Positions 44,057 to 53,699 of a stretch of 64,000 bases of DNA are shown piece by piece. The DNA is taken from assembly GCA_965140415.1 (NCBI GenBank), contig OZ223209.1:5216001-5280000 (forward strand), given 5' to 3'. The notes below the pieces were generated by a model. It saw nothing but the letters and a program-made list of their open reading frames with translations, ran no database searches and had not been told where the DNA came from. A program made the position numbers and the translations under genes. The stretch is from Myxococcota bacterium. Its GTDB lineage: Bacteria; Myxococcota_A; SURF-8. Numbering within the stretch: the stretch's first letter is position 1; the number at the start of each line of letters is the position of its first letter.

Positions 44057-44497
44057 TCAGTCGACCTTGATGCTGATCTGTTTGGGTAGCGCCGCCGGTT
44101 GCTTGGGCAGCGTGACCGTAAGCAGACCGTTTTTCAGACCGGCATGAACTTTTTCCGCATCCACTTCGGCAGTCAAACTGAAACTGCGGCTGAACTTCAC
44201 CGGACGGCGTTCTTTGCGATGCACCGAGTAGCCTTCCGGGGTATCATCCGCGCGTTCGCCGCTAAGCGTCAACACGTTCTGGTGCACGCTCAGTTTCAAA
44301 TCGTTTTCCTTCAAACCGGGTACTTCGGCGGTTACCACGAAGCTTTCTCCCGTGTCTACCAGATTCGCGCCGGGGAGCGTGGTCGTTGCTGCATAGCCGT
44401 AATGGTCGTCCATGTCGTGGAAGACCCGGTCCATGCGACGGCGAAACTCGTTCATCATTGCGATGTCACGTTCAAGTGTACGCCAATTACCAAACAT
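44057..44497 (-). CDS. Hsp20/alpha-crystallin family protein
   Basis: AEVPG, LTLSGER, RKER...FSRS, LKNGLLTVTLPK; AGGAGG RBS. Confidence 0.93.
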   Translation of the reverse strand: MFGNWRTLERDIAMMNEFRRRMDRVFHDMDDHYGYAATTTLPGANLVDTGESFVVTAEVPGLKENDLKLSVHQNVLTLSGERADDTPEGYSVHRKERRPVKFSRSFSLTAEVDAEKVHAGLKNGLLTVTLPKQPAALPKQISIKVD

Positions 44498-44730
44498 GGT
44501 TGTCCTCCTTTCCATAGCGATACCGAACCGTCGGTATCCATTTCGGTCAATAACTGTCGGGGCCATATCAATTCGAGGCTCCGTTTTCTTACCTTCTATG
44601 GAAAAAGTAATTTCACCTTTTTCATTGTCAAGTGCACAAGGGATATTTTTTACGCAGAATCGTTATCATCCATTATTGGCGGTGTTTTGTAGTGGGAATC
44701 AACGGGCCGAATCGCTAGAAATATCCGAAA

Positions 44731-44781
44731 CCGCTGTACGCAAAACAGCCCGACGCCAAAAGCGTCGGGCCGCGTAAGCCT
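44731..44781. repeat. 51-bp direct repeat, copy 1 (contains a terminator hairpin)
   Basis: CCGCTGTACGCAAAACAGCCCGACGCCAAAAGCGTCGGGCCGCGTAAGCCT; 49/51 identical to 46997-47047. Confidence 0.92.
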
Positions 44782-44852
44782 TCAAAAGCAATAGTTTTAT
44801 GTATCAAATCACCAAATAACCGAATAACCAAGTTCACGGTCTCCAGACGCCA

Positions 44853-46829
44853 CTACCTCACACAGCGGACAGAGCCGCCGTCGTTGTTGACGATGCTAGC
44901 GCTCACATGGCCGTTGCCGAAGTTGACGGTCCACGCGCTGTCATCATAGTCCTCGACGGGCGACGACGACCTATACCAGCCACATGACCCTTCCATCTCA
45001 TCCGGCCAGTAACAGCCATCGGCAGGGCCATCGCCACCGGAACAACTCCAGCAATCACTTTCACTCCAGCAGGAACTATCCAGACAGCTATCCGTTACGC
45101 CACAAGCCCCTCCCGTCACCGTGCCCGGGCAGCCTCGAATCAAGGAACGAAACTCCAATATCGTCGGCAATCGCCAGTCGCTGTGACCATCAAGACTCAG
45201 GTTGGCGCAGTAATCCTTGGCATCATCCCAATCCATTGTGCTGTCGGCAGGCGGGTTCTGCCAGACCAAAGTTGAATAGTCGAATATGCAATTCGGATAA
45301 CCCGTATAGCCATACTCACAAGCACCGCAATCAGCCGTCATATGATCATTGTCGCATGAACAGGAACCATCGCTAGGGCTGCACGTTCCATGTTCATTGC
45401 ATGGATCCGGATCGCAGGGGTTGTCTACACAGGCTCCATCCAGATTGCAGATCTTGCCCCCGGGACATGTGCCGCAGTTATAACCTTCGTTCGGAGAGTC
45501 GCCGCATACGCGACCATCGCAATCGTCCACGCACTGACCCGATCCATCGCAATAATCCGTTGCCCCCGGACACGTGCCGCAGTTATAACCTTCGTTCGGA
45601 GAGTCGCCGCATACGCGACCATCGCAGTCGTCCACGCACTGACCCGATCCATCACAGTAATCCGTCGCCCCCGGACACGTCCCGCAGTTCACTCCCGACA
45701 CACCACTGGGACCGCATTGACGAGTTTCACAGGGATTCGCTATGGATGACGATTCGCAACCCGCTAGAACAAAACCTGTCGCGTCATATGGGATATCAAC
45801 CTCTCCTGTCATCCCTTTGTAGGTGATACGCATGGTAAGCGTGCTATTCGCTCCCTCGCGGGGACTGCAAACGCCGATCACATAATTGCTATTGGCCAGA
45901 TCGTTGATCCGGTTGGCAACATCCACAAATGCCGAACGGATCTGGTCTATGTCCTGGGGCTGGATAAACGATTCCTCTCCACAAGACAGATTCTGCAGAG
46001 CTTCTTCATTGTAATCACCCTGCAGACCGATCACATAGGTCATGATATCGTCGCAACTTCCACGTGCAGACAGGGCTTGTGATTCCGTTGAAATCCTCGT
46101 TTCATCTTCACCGTCCGTAAACAACACCAGGAACCGCGCGGTCAATTCTTCGCTACCTGCATCTTTCAGTTTATTTGATCCCTCTACAAACGCTCCGTAC
46201 AGATTGGTTGATCCACGATTCTCATTTTCGTCTTTTAGCGAGGGAATGAGTTCGCTGGCGAGAAAATCATAATCCGATGTAAACGGGGCGACTTCCTCCG
46301 ACAATGCCGTGCTGCCAAACATGTAGATTCCGATCTGCTGCCCGACCTCGGCTGCCACATCGATAAAATCACTGGCGGCGTCCATCATCGTCGGGAAGGC
46401 CGGTGTTTTACCCGGCGGATCGACGATGCTCTGACTGCCGTCGAGCAGCAGATAGGTGTACAGGCCGATGCTTTTTTCCTCGCCCAGTTCAAAATCCGCG
46501 CCACCTTCCGACTGAATATCCTCGCCGTCAAACAAGAAGAGAATGTCATCTTCCTTAAGATCAGGGACCGGGTCGCCAGAGCAAGTCGTCACATTGAAGC
46601 TTACCCGGACACCGGCGGGAGGTACGATCTGGCTATCGTACAGCCTAATGCTCAGGCAACCACCGGATGGATCCTGATCGCCGTCGGTATCTGATCCATC
46701 TCCATCGGGATAGGAGCTGTCATCGTCGCCGTCCACCGTCCCGTCGCCGGAATCGTCTGAATTGCAAGTAGCGAAAAATACAACTGAGAAAGCCAACAAC
46801 ATCAGAACAATCAAATGCTTGACCTTCAT
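44853..46829 (-). CDS. Lipoprotein with VWA domain, Cys-rich repeats and C-terminal DUF1566 (Lcl, C-type-lectin fold) domain
   Basis: FATC lipobox; MIDAS DGSQS...TNLY...FTDGED; LVWQ...W..A..YC..L.LDG.SDWRLPT..E...AW.V.F..G...VRCVR. Confidence 0.9.
   Translation of the reverse strand: MKVKHLIVLMLLAFSVVFFATCNSDDSGDGTVDGDDDSSYPDGDGSDTDGDQDPSGGCLSIRLYDSQIVPPAGVRVSFNVTTCSGDPVPDLKEDDILFLFDGEDIQSEGGADFELGEEKSIGLYTYLLLDGSQSIVDPPGKTPAFPTMMDAASDFIDVAAEVGQQIGIYMFGSTALSEEVAPFTSDYDFLASELIPSLKDENENRGSTNLYGAFVEGSNKLKDAGSEELTARFLVLFTDGEDETRISTESQALSARGSCDDIMTYVIGLQGDYNEEALQNLSCGEESFIQPQDIDQIRSAFVDVANRINDLANSNYVIGVCSPREGANSTLTMRITYKGMTGEVDIPYDATGFVLAGCESSSIANPCETRQCGPSGVSGVNCGTCPGATDYCDGSGQCVDDCDGRVCGDSPNEGYNCGTCPGATDYCDGSGQCVDDCDGRVCGDSPNEGYNCGTCPGGKICNLDGACVDNPCDPDPCNEHGTCSPSDGSCSCDNDHMTADCGACEYGYTGYPNCIFDYSTLVWQNPPADSTMDWDDAKDYCANLSLDGHSDWRLPTILEFRSLIRGCPGTVTGGACGVTDSCLDSSCWSESDCWSCSGGDGPADGCYWPDEMEGSCGWYRSSSPVEDYDDSAWTVNFGNGHVSASIVNNDGGSVRCVR
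45456..45689 (-). repeat. About 2.2 tandem 105-bp coding repeats (CGTCPGATDYCDGSGQCVDDCDGRVCGDSPNEGYN)
   Basis: Visible in both DNA and protein. Confidence 0.9.
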
Positions 46830-46996
46830 ATCTTCAACCTCTCGCATTTTGGGTCTGAAAAACTCGGTTTTTACGATGCGGCAACTATACCACAATTCGG
46901 AGATTTCTCAAGCTCCGTAATTGCCACAAATAACAACCCCAAGATCAAGCGGAGTTGCGTCTTGTACCAGATTGCTGACAAAACAAGTGTACTTCT

Positions 46997-47047
46997 CCGC
47001 TGTACGCAAAACGGCCCGACGCCAAAAGCATCGGGCCGCGTAAGCCT
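46997..47047. repeat. 51-bp direct repeat, copy 2 (likely htpG terminator)
   Basis: CCGCTGTACGCAAAACGGCCCGACGCCAAAAGCATCGGGCCGCGTAAGCCT. Confidence 0.92.
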
Positions 47048-47074
47048 ATAAAATCGTGGATGAAACCGGATCGA

Positions 47075-48970
47075 TTATCCGTGCAGTTTGACGATCAACT
47101 CGTTGATACGCCGTGCCAATGCGGAGGGATCTTTGATCTTGCTGCCTTCAGCCAATACCGCTTGATCCAGCAGCAGTTGGGCGTAATCCAACACCCGTTC
47201 GTCGTCTTTGTTCTCGGCGTACAATTTCTGCATGGTCGTAACGACGGCGTGCTTTGGATTCAACTCCAGGTAGCGCTGCGTCTTGGTTTGCTGGTTTTCC
47301 GGGTCGATCTTGTTCAGCAGGTTTTGAACATAAGCCCCCATCTCACCCTCTTCGACGACCAGGCAGGAAGCGCTCTCCGTCAAGCGGCGGGACAGCCGCA
47401 CCTCTTTGATATCTTCCAGCTTGTCACCGAGCATAGCCAGCAGATCCTTGTACTCATTCTGCTGCTTTTCGCGGTTCTCCTCCGGTTCATCTTCCGCGCT
47501 CAGTTGCTCGTCCAACTCACCCTTGTCCACCGCCTTGAGTTTCTTTTCTTTGTATTCCATCAAGCCCTGAATCACCCACTCGTCCATCGGATCGGTCATC
47601 AACAACACGTCCCATTTGCGGGTGCGGAAAGCTTCCAGGTAAGGCGAACGCTCCAAGGCGCTGCGAGTTTCACCGATGAGATAATAAATCTCTTTCTGAT
47701 CTTCGGGCATGGCTTCGACGTACTTCGCCAGCGAAATCGTTTCGCCCTCTTTGGTAGAGGTGGCTTCGTACTGCAACAGATCGGCCAGCTTTTCTCGATT
47801 GCTCCAGTCGGTATGCACGCCTTCTTTTAGCACCGTGCCGAAGGTCTTGAAAAACTGTGCGTATTTCTCCGCTTCCTTTTTCTGCATGGTGGCCAGCACG
47901 CCCAGCACCTTGTCGATCAGGTTGTTGCGGATCTTGGTCAAAACCGGGTTCTGCTGCAACATTTCACGGGAGACATTCAATGGCAGATCGGCAGCATCCA
48001 CCACGCCACGCACGAAGCGCAGGTACGGCGGCAACAGGTCTTCGCTGTCATCGGTGATGAATACCCGCTTGATGTACAGATGCAACCCGCGCTTACGGTC
48101 GGGCAACAGGAAGTCGAAGGGTTTATTCTTGGGGATAAACAATAGCGCCTTGAATTCGAGCGTACCCTCTGCCACAAAGTGAATGACTTCCGCCGGATCT
48201 TCCGTATCACGCGAGATGTGCTTGTAAAAAGCGTTGTACTCCTCCGGCTTGATTTCGCTTTTGGAGCGCAGCCAGATCGCCTGACGCTGGTTCAGGGTCT
48301 CGTCTTTTCCGACGGTTTCCTCGCCTTCCTTGCGCTCCACCCGCATTACGACCGGGTGCTCGATAAAATCGCTGAACTTGGACACGATCGAACGCAGTGT
48401 CCATTCGTTCAGGAAGTCTTTTGCGTCTTCGCGCAGATGCAACACGATCTCGGTGCCGCGCGTTTCCTTTTCCACTTCTTCCACCGAGTACGCCCCCTGC
48501 CCGTCGGAGATCCACCGCACGCCTGCCGTTTTCTCTCCCGCCATGCGCGAGGTGACTTCCACCTTTTCGGCGACCATGAAAGCACTGTAAAAACCCACGC
48601 CGAATTGGCCGATCATATCCGGCTTGTCCTGATTTTCCGCCTGAGCCAGTTTTTTCAAAAACTCGCCCGTGCCGCTACGAGCGATGGTACCCAGATCTTC
48701 GATGATGCTTTCGCGCGACATGCCGATACCGTTATCGCTGACGGTCAGGGTACCCGCTTCCGCATTCGGAATCAGTCGGATCTGCCACTCGCTGTTACCT
48801 TCGAGCAGGTCCGGCTCGGTAATGGCGGTGAAGCGGGCTTTATCGATGGCGTCGCTGGCATTGCTGATCAACTCACGCAGAAAGATTTCGCGGTTGGAGT
48901 AAAGCGAATGGATGATAATGTCCATTAGCTGTTTCATCTCGGTTTTGAATTCGCGTGTTTCGACCGTCAT
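47075..48970 (-). CDS. htpG: Molecular chaperone HtpG (Hsp90)
   Basis: YSNREIFLRELISNASDA, DNGIGM, IGQFGVGFYS, LPLNVSRE motifs. Confidence 0.98.
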   Translation of the reverse strand: MTVETREFKTEMKQLMDIIIHSLYSNREIFLRELISNASDAIDKARFTAITEPDLLEGNSEWQIRLIPNAEAGTLTVSDNGIGMSRESIIEDLGTIARSGTGEFLKKLAQAENQDKPDMIGQFGVGFYSAFMVAEKVEVTSRMAGEKTAGVRWISDGQGAYSVEEVEKETRGTEIVLHLREDAKDFLNEWTLRSIVSKFSDFIEHPVVMRVERKEGEETVGKDETLNQRQAIWLRSKSEIKPEEYNAFYKHISRDTEDPAEVIHFVAEGTLEFKALLFIPKNKPFDFLLPDRKRGLHLYIKRVFITDDSEDLLPPYLRFVRGVVDAADLPLNVSREMLQQNPVLTKIRNNLIDKVLGVLATMQKKEAEKYAQFFKTFGTVLKEGVHTDWSNREKLADLLQYEATSTKEGETISLAKYVEAMPEDQKEIYYLIGETRSALERSPYLEAFRTRKWDVLLMTDPMDEWVIQGLMEYKEKKLKAVDKGELDEQLSAEDEPEENREKQQNEYKDLLAMLGDKLEDIKEVRLSRRLTESASCLVVEEGEMGAYVQNLLNKIDPENQQTKTQRYLELNPKHAVVTTMQKLYAENKDDERVLDYAQLLLDQAVLAEGSKIKDPSALARRINELIVKLHG

Positions 48971-49064
48971 GACTTCCCTTTCAAGAGTTTCCAATGTGAT
49001 AACAATAGCTTAACTTTTTAATCCGGTAAACATCCCGGTTAACCAACAATTGCGTTCGCTGCAA

Positions 49065-49093
49065 ATATTGGGTCGACGGGAGTGTTTGTCAAG
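49065..49093 (-). promoter_or_regulatory. Sigma32-like heat-shock promoter of htpG
   Basis: CTTGAC-N15-CCCAATAT, close to the CTTGAA-N13-17-CCCCATNT consensus. Confidence 0.55.
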
Positions 49094-49249
49094 GGGTGGA
49101 AAGTAACTTTTCCGGATTAATTCCGGTGGGTTCGGAAGTTACCCTCAATAAACTAAACCATTTCGTTTACTTTTTTACGATTTCTCTTGGCGAACCCGGT
49201 CATATTCTGATAACTTGGCTAAAAGTATGAAGTTTGTGGGAGGGACAAG

Positions 49250-49957
49250 ATGTACATTCTCCAATCGTGGCTCCGAATTTCGATTGTGTCGCTGTTTTTA
49301 TCATTCGCCATTCCAGCCTGGGCTAACGATTCTGGTTCACAACCAATCACAGCAAATACCGAGGAAAATCAACCAACACCTCAAACGGAACCAATCGAAG
49401 AAAGCCCATCAACAGAAATTGCCGGCAAACATACAATTCACGTGGAATGGTTCGGCATGGCGACCGGCATCATGTTGCACTTTCGTACCTACTATGAAAA
49501 CGACCGCTGTTGCAAAGAGGAAACGCGCGTGCGCCCGATGATGCGCTTGGACCTGCGCCTGTTTACCCTTGAAGTTCCCTATTTCGCGGTGACGCTACTG
49601 GAACTTCATCCCACCGCCTTCATCGGTCCGGTAGGCGGTGGCATGCGCTTCAGCGCTCGCATTCCACTTACAGCGGATAAATTGCACGAGTTGCGCCTGG
49701 GAAGCTACGTCGGCATGGACTACATCTTTTATTTTCCCAACTACGATTGGTACTACGCCCATCTGACGGTCGAACCACAATTGGAATATCGCTACAACAC
49801 CAAATGGGGCGCTTTAGGGGCGGGTCTAGCCGTTCCAATCCTGCGCCATTTCGACAGCGAGCGGCAATCTCACGAGATCGAGGAATATATCCTACCCAAA
49901 ACGAGCGCCGGTTTGATGCTTTACTTCACGTTTTCGGTAGGGCGTTTGGGGTTTTAA
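49250..49957 (+). CDS. Hypothetical secreted / outer-membrane beta protein (paralogue 1)
   Basis: Signal peptide (AWA), amphipathic beta strands, C-terminal Phe; paralogue immediately downstream. Confidence 0.72.
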   Translation: MYILQSWLRISIVSLFLSFAIPAWANDSGSQPITANTEENQPTPQTEPIEESPSTEIAGKHTIHVEWFGMATGIMLHFRTYYENDRCCKEETRVRPMMRLDLRLFTLEVPYFAVTLLELHPTAFIGPVGGGMRFSARIPLTADKLHELRLGSYVGMDYIFYFPNYDWYYAHLTVEPQLEYRYNTKWGALGAGLAVPILRHFDSERQSHEIEEYILPKTSAGLMLYFTFSVGRLGF

Positions 49958-49978
49958 CATCCCGTAAAGGGCAAAACA

Positions 49979-50647
49979 ATGGGCGATTTCCGAGTCCGGT
50001 TTTCCTGTCTGCTTGCAATTGGAATCCTACTGCTGGCCACATCCTCGCAAGCGCAGCAACAAACAGAACCAATAGCCGCCCAAAGCCCCCCGGTTGAAAA
50101 AGTCGATCAAGCCCGGAACTTCGAACGAAACGTGGAATGGTTCGGCATGGCAACCGGTGTGCTATTGCACTTTCGCGGCTCCTATGTCAATGACCGCTGC
50201 TGCGAAAAGGAAATGCGCGTACATCCGATGATGCGCTTTGATCTGCGCCTGTTCACTATTGAAGTTCCCTATTTCGCGGTGACGCTCTTGGAACTTCATC
50301 CCACCGCCTACATCGGTCCGGCTGGTGGCGGCATGCGCTTCAACGCCCGTATTCCGCTTACGGCGGACAAACTGCACGAGTTGCGCCTGGGAAGCTATAT
50401 CGGTGCGGACTATATCGTCTATTTCCCCACCTACGAATGGAACTACGTTCACTTGGTAGTCGAACCCCAACTGGAATATCGCTACAACACCAAATGGGGC
50501 GCTTTAGGAGCGGGTCTGGCCGTTCCAATCCTGCAACATTTCGATAGAGAGCAGCAATCTCACGAGATCGAGGACTACTACCTGCCCCGAACTACAGCAG
50601 GTTTACTGCTTTACTTCACATTTTCTGTAGGGCGCTTGGGGTTTTAG
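49979..50647 (+). CDS. Hypothetical secreted / outer-membrane beta protein (paralogue 2)
   Basis: Signal peptide (SQA); highly similar to the preceding gene from VEWFGMATG onward. Confidence 0.72.
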   Translation: MGDFRVRFSCLLAIGILLLATSSQAQQQTEPIAAQSPPVEKVDQARNFERNVEWFGMATGVLLHFRGSYVNDRCCEKEMRVHPMMRFDLRLFTIEVPYFAVTLLELHPTAYIGPAGGGMRFNARIPLTADKLHELRLGSYIGADYIVYFPTYEWNYVHLVVEPQLEYRYNTKWGALGAGLAVPILQHFDREQQSHEIEDYYLPRTTAGLLLYFTFSVGRLGF

Positions 50648-50690
50648 CACAAATTCTGTGATGGGGCAGGCATAGCAATCAGATTTACGC

Positions 50691-50793
50691 GTGGAGCATG
50701 ACGGGAGCCATGCTCCAACCTATTGAAAGTCTGAGATCAAGCGGGATTGCATCCCGCTCGTAACATTTAGGAGCAGGAAATAATCCTGCTCCA
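50691..50793. repeat. Cluster of three REP-like palindromes between convergent genes
   Basis: GGAGCATG..CATGCTCC, AGCGGGAT..ATCCCGCT and GGAGCAGGA..TCCTGCTCC hairpins. Confidence 0.7.
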
Positions 50794-50884
50794 TCCCACA
50801 GAAAGCACCAATACACACGGCCTCCCGGAATATCCATTCCGTGAGACCCTGTCACATACTCCAGATAAACCTAAAATACCTTCG

Positions 50885-52654
50885 CTATTTTGCAAGGGGA
50901 GACAGCCGCTTTCGGCGCAGCACGCCAACCAGCAGCAGAAGAAGCAATAAGCCAGACATTCCATAGACTTGATGACAACCACCGCCGCTGCCGTCATCAG
51001 TGGACTGATCGCCATCAGTCGCAGGTCCGCTGGAATCCGCATCGCCATCAATACTGGAAGCATCCGAGTCGCTATCTCCATCGGAACCACTATCGCCGTC
51101 GGAACCACTATCGCCGTCGGAGGTCGTATCTCCATCACTTGTGGACTCGTCTCCATCGGAAGCAGTGTCCCCGTCGGTAGCAGCACTGTCCCCATCGGCA
51201 GGCTCATCACCATCTATTACAACGGTATCTCCATCTGAGACATCACCATCCGGCGTTTCATCGCCATCCACCACGACCGCATCGCCATCGGTGACATCTC
51301 CATCGGGCTCGATGTCGCCATCAGTCGACGTATCTCCATCGACAACCACAGCATCACCATCGGAATCATCGCCATCGGGAGTGATGTCTCCATCGACCTG
51401 AATCGAACAGTCCAGACCGGTGTGCTTGCTGTAATCCAGATGTACTTGCGGTCCACTCAGGGAACCCCCAAATCGCCCGCCTTCATCCCAATATTCCATC
51501 CGCAGGCTTTCGCCATCAATGGCAATTTTTACAAAATGCGCGCGTGCTGCACCCTGCACGCGGCCATCACAGGTCAAACTCAGTTCATTGAGCATCGCCA
51601 GCGCTTCGCCCTTGGAAGCTCCGCCGGTCGTTACGTGAATGGTTCCGTTGGCAGGGTCGCTGACAAAGCCCTGGCCGTTATGAGGCTGGAACAATTCGTA
51701 ATAGTGATTGTGACCGGTGAAAACCATATCCACATGATGTTGCTTGAAAATCGGCTGGTAAAGATGCCCCACCCCGCTTTCGTCGGGATCGTGACCCAGA
51801 CCGAAAATCGGACAAGTGAAAAACGGTTCGTGAATGAAAACGAATTTCCAAATGGCATCGGTCTGTTCGAGTTGCTCGTTCAGCCAGGCCGCCTGAATCT
51901 CCGGGCTTTCATCGTGATTATTGACCACCGCGAAAAAGGCGTTGCCATAGCGGAAAGAATAATAACTGCGATTGCCGCTGTCGTTGTTCTTCGGAGTTCG
52001 GAAAATACGAGTGATATTCTGCCCGTTGCCCTCGCCGGGACCATCGTCGTGATTGCCGATAATCGGCATGACGGGCACAAAACGACCCGCCGCCGTCAAC
52101 TCGTTAAGATAGCTGGCCCATTGATCGGTTTCAGCTCCATCCTTGACCAGATCCCCCGTATTGACCATTAAATTCACGCCCAATCCCATCGCATCGAGCA
52201 GCAGTTCTCCATACTGACCGGCAGAACCGGCTAGTTGGGAGCGATTATCCCCCATCGCAACAAAGGAAAACGGCTTGCAAGGATCGCCAGGACCGGTGGA
52301 AAAGATCAGATCATCACCGGTGAAACCACCGGCCACGATTCGATAATGATAGGTGGTTGCCGGATCAAGATTGGTCAAACGCACATGGTGAACGATACCC
52401 ACTTCGCCACCAAGCTCTTCAATCGCTTCGATAGGGGCGTTCTGTCCGTAGGATGGCGTTTTGCCGTAATCCACCCTGGCGTTAGGCTGGGAAAGATTGT
52501 CCGTCCAGGAAACGATCATTTCCGAATCGCCATGTTCGGTTAAAGTCAGCCAGGTCTGCATGGGAGCCGCAACTGCCATCGCTTGTAAGCCAATGAATGT
52601 CAGCATGCAAACCAAGACTCCCCAAAACGCTTTTTTCCGGCTGGAATACTTCAT
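50885..52654 (-). CDS. Purple-acid-phosphatase-like metallophosphoesterase with FN3 domain, DGD stalk and MYXO-CTERM-like tail
   Basis: GD, GDLV, GNHD, H.P, GHNH motifs; HHV.LT.L.P.TTY.Y FN3; GSGGGC-TM-RRKR C-terminus. Confidence 0.9.
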   Translation of the reverse strand: MKYSSRKKAFWGVLVCMLTFIGLQAMAVAAPMQTWLTLTEHGDSEMIVSWTDNLSQPNARVDYGKTPSYGQNAPIEAIEELGGEVGIVHHVRLTNLDPATTYHYRIVAGGFTGDDLIFSTGPGDPCKPFSFVAMGDNRSQLAGSAGQYGELLLDAMGLGVNLMVNTGDLVKDGAETDQWASYLNELTAAGRFVPVMPIIGNHDDGPGEGNGQNITRIFRTPKNNDSGNRSYYSFRYGNAFFAVVNNHDESPEIQAAWLNEQLEQTDAIWKFVFIHEPFFTCPIFGLGHDPDESGVGHLYQPIFKQHHVDMVFTGHNHYYELFQPHNGQGFVSDPANGTIHVTTGGASKGEALAMLNELSLTCDGRVQGAARAHFVKIAIDGESLRMEYWDEGGRFGGSLSGPQVHLDYSKHTGLDCSIQVDGDITPDGDDSDGDAVVVDGDTSTDGDIEPDGDVTDGDAVVVDGDETPDGDVSDGDTVVIDGDEPADGDSAATDGDTASDGDESTSDGDTTSDGDSGSDGDSGSDGDSDSDASSIDGDADSSGPATDGDQSTDDGSGGGCHQVYGMSGLLLLLLLVGVLRRKRLSPLAK

Positions 52655-53317
52655 CCTGACCACCCTTTCATACTTCACTGTCCGTATTTCGGTGTGAATC
52701 AACATGCTGAATACTCATAATTATCATATATAGATCGTATAGCCTTAGCAAAGAGAGTCAATGATTATTTGTTTTTTGTTATGTTTTTGTTAACAACATC
52801 TCCACTTTTCGGGACATTCGTCAGCACAGTATCCTAACACAAAGCAGCTATCCCTTTTAATGGCTCAATCGCAAAGCTCTCTTGAACCACATGAGAAAGA
52901 CAGTGGCAAACGTTCCCACAATAAGCCGGGAAACAATACTTGCGGGTACTGTCGTCTTGGTTTTTCTGGTGCTATTCGTTGGATCCACCTTCCACGCGGG
53001 ACACCGATAAAAGAATCCAGAGAACGCAAGCAAGATGGGGACGATCCTCTACAGCGTTTTGTGCTTATTTCAGTATTCCACCTTGATCCACACTCGTGGC
53101 TTTCACCATGAATGGCAAGCCGGGGACACATCCACAAACATCCGTTCGAGCGCTAACCCTGCCAATTTTCACGTTATTTAAAACCAGTACAGGAAAATTT
53201 TGGTTGCATCGATGCACGGCTTTCGTATACTGGTAAAAAGATGGAAAGTCTCCCGGAAATTTCAAAGATCCGAGTCAACTGGTAAACGAACCGAACATTT
53301 GCCGGAATGGGGAAGCC

Positions 53318-53644
53318 ATGAGCGACGAATACAAAGATCGGAAATATCCCAGGGTACGAGTCAAAGGCACGGTGGACGTTTCATCGTCGGACTTGCTGCT
53401 TTTCAATGAAATCGAGAACATCAGCCTGGGAGGGCTGTGCATCCGCACCGCAACACCGGAAAGAATCGGCCAGAAAGTCGAGTTGGTGTTCAATTTCCCG
53501 GAAACGGGTCAGGAATTGGAATTACATGGGGAAGTCGCCTGGATCTCCGACGCTCCCGACCCGGTAATGGGCGTCCGCTTTTTAGACATGGACGACGAAA
53601 GAAAAAAAGAGCTGGAGCAGTATCTCTATTCCGACGAGGCGTAA
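53318..53644 (+). CDS. Single-domain PilZ protein
   Basis: RKYPR and NISLGG c-di-GMP-binding motifs. Confidence 0.88.
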   Translation: MSDEYKDRKYPRVRVKGTVDVSSSDLLLFNEIENISLGGLCIRTATPERIGQKVELVFNFPETGQELELHGEVAWISDAPDPVMGVRFLDMDDERKKELEQYLYSDEA

Positions 53645-53699
53645 TCGCCCTGTTGTAAACCCAAAAAGAAGAACATATCCATGCGGGAGCACCGAACGG

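Noticed and set aside
47060-48928. Long antisense ORFs opposite htpG (likewise opposite etfAB, rhomboid, ablB and the symporter)
   Set aside because: Expected shadow frames of GC3-biased genes; no motifs or RBS
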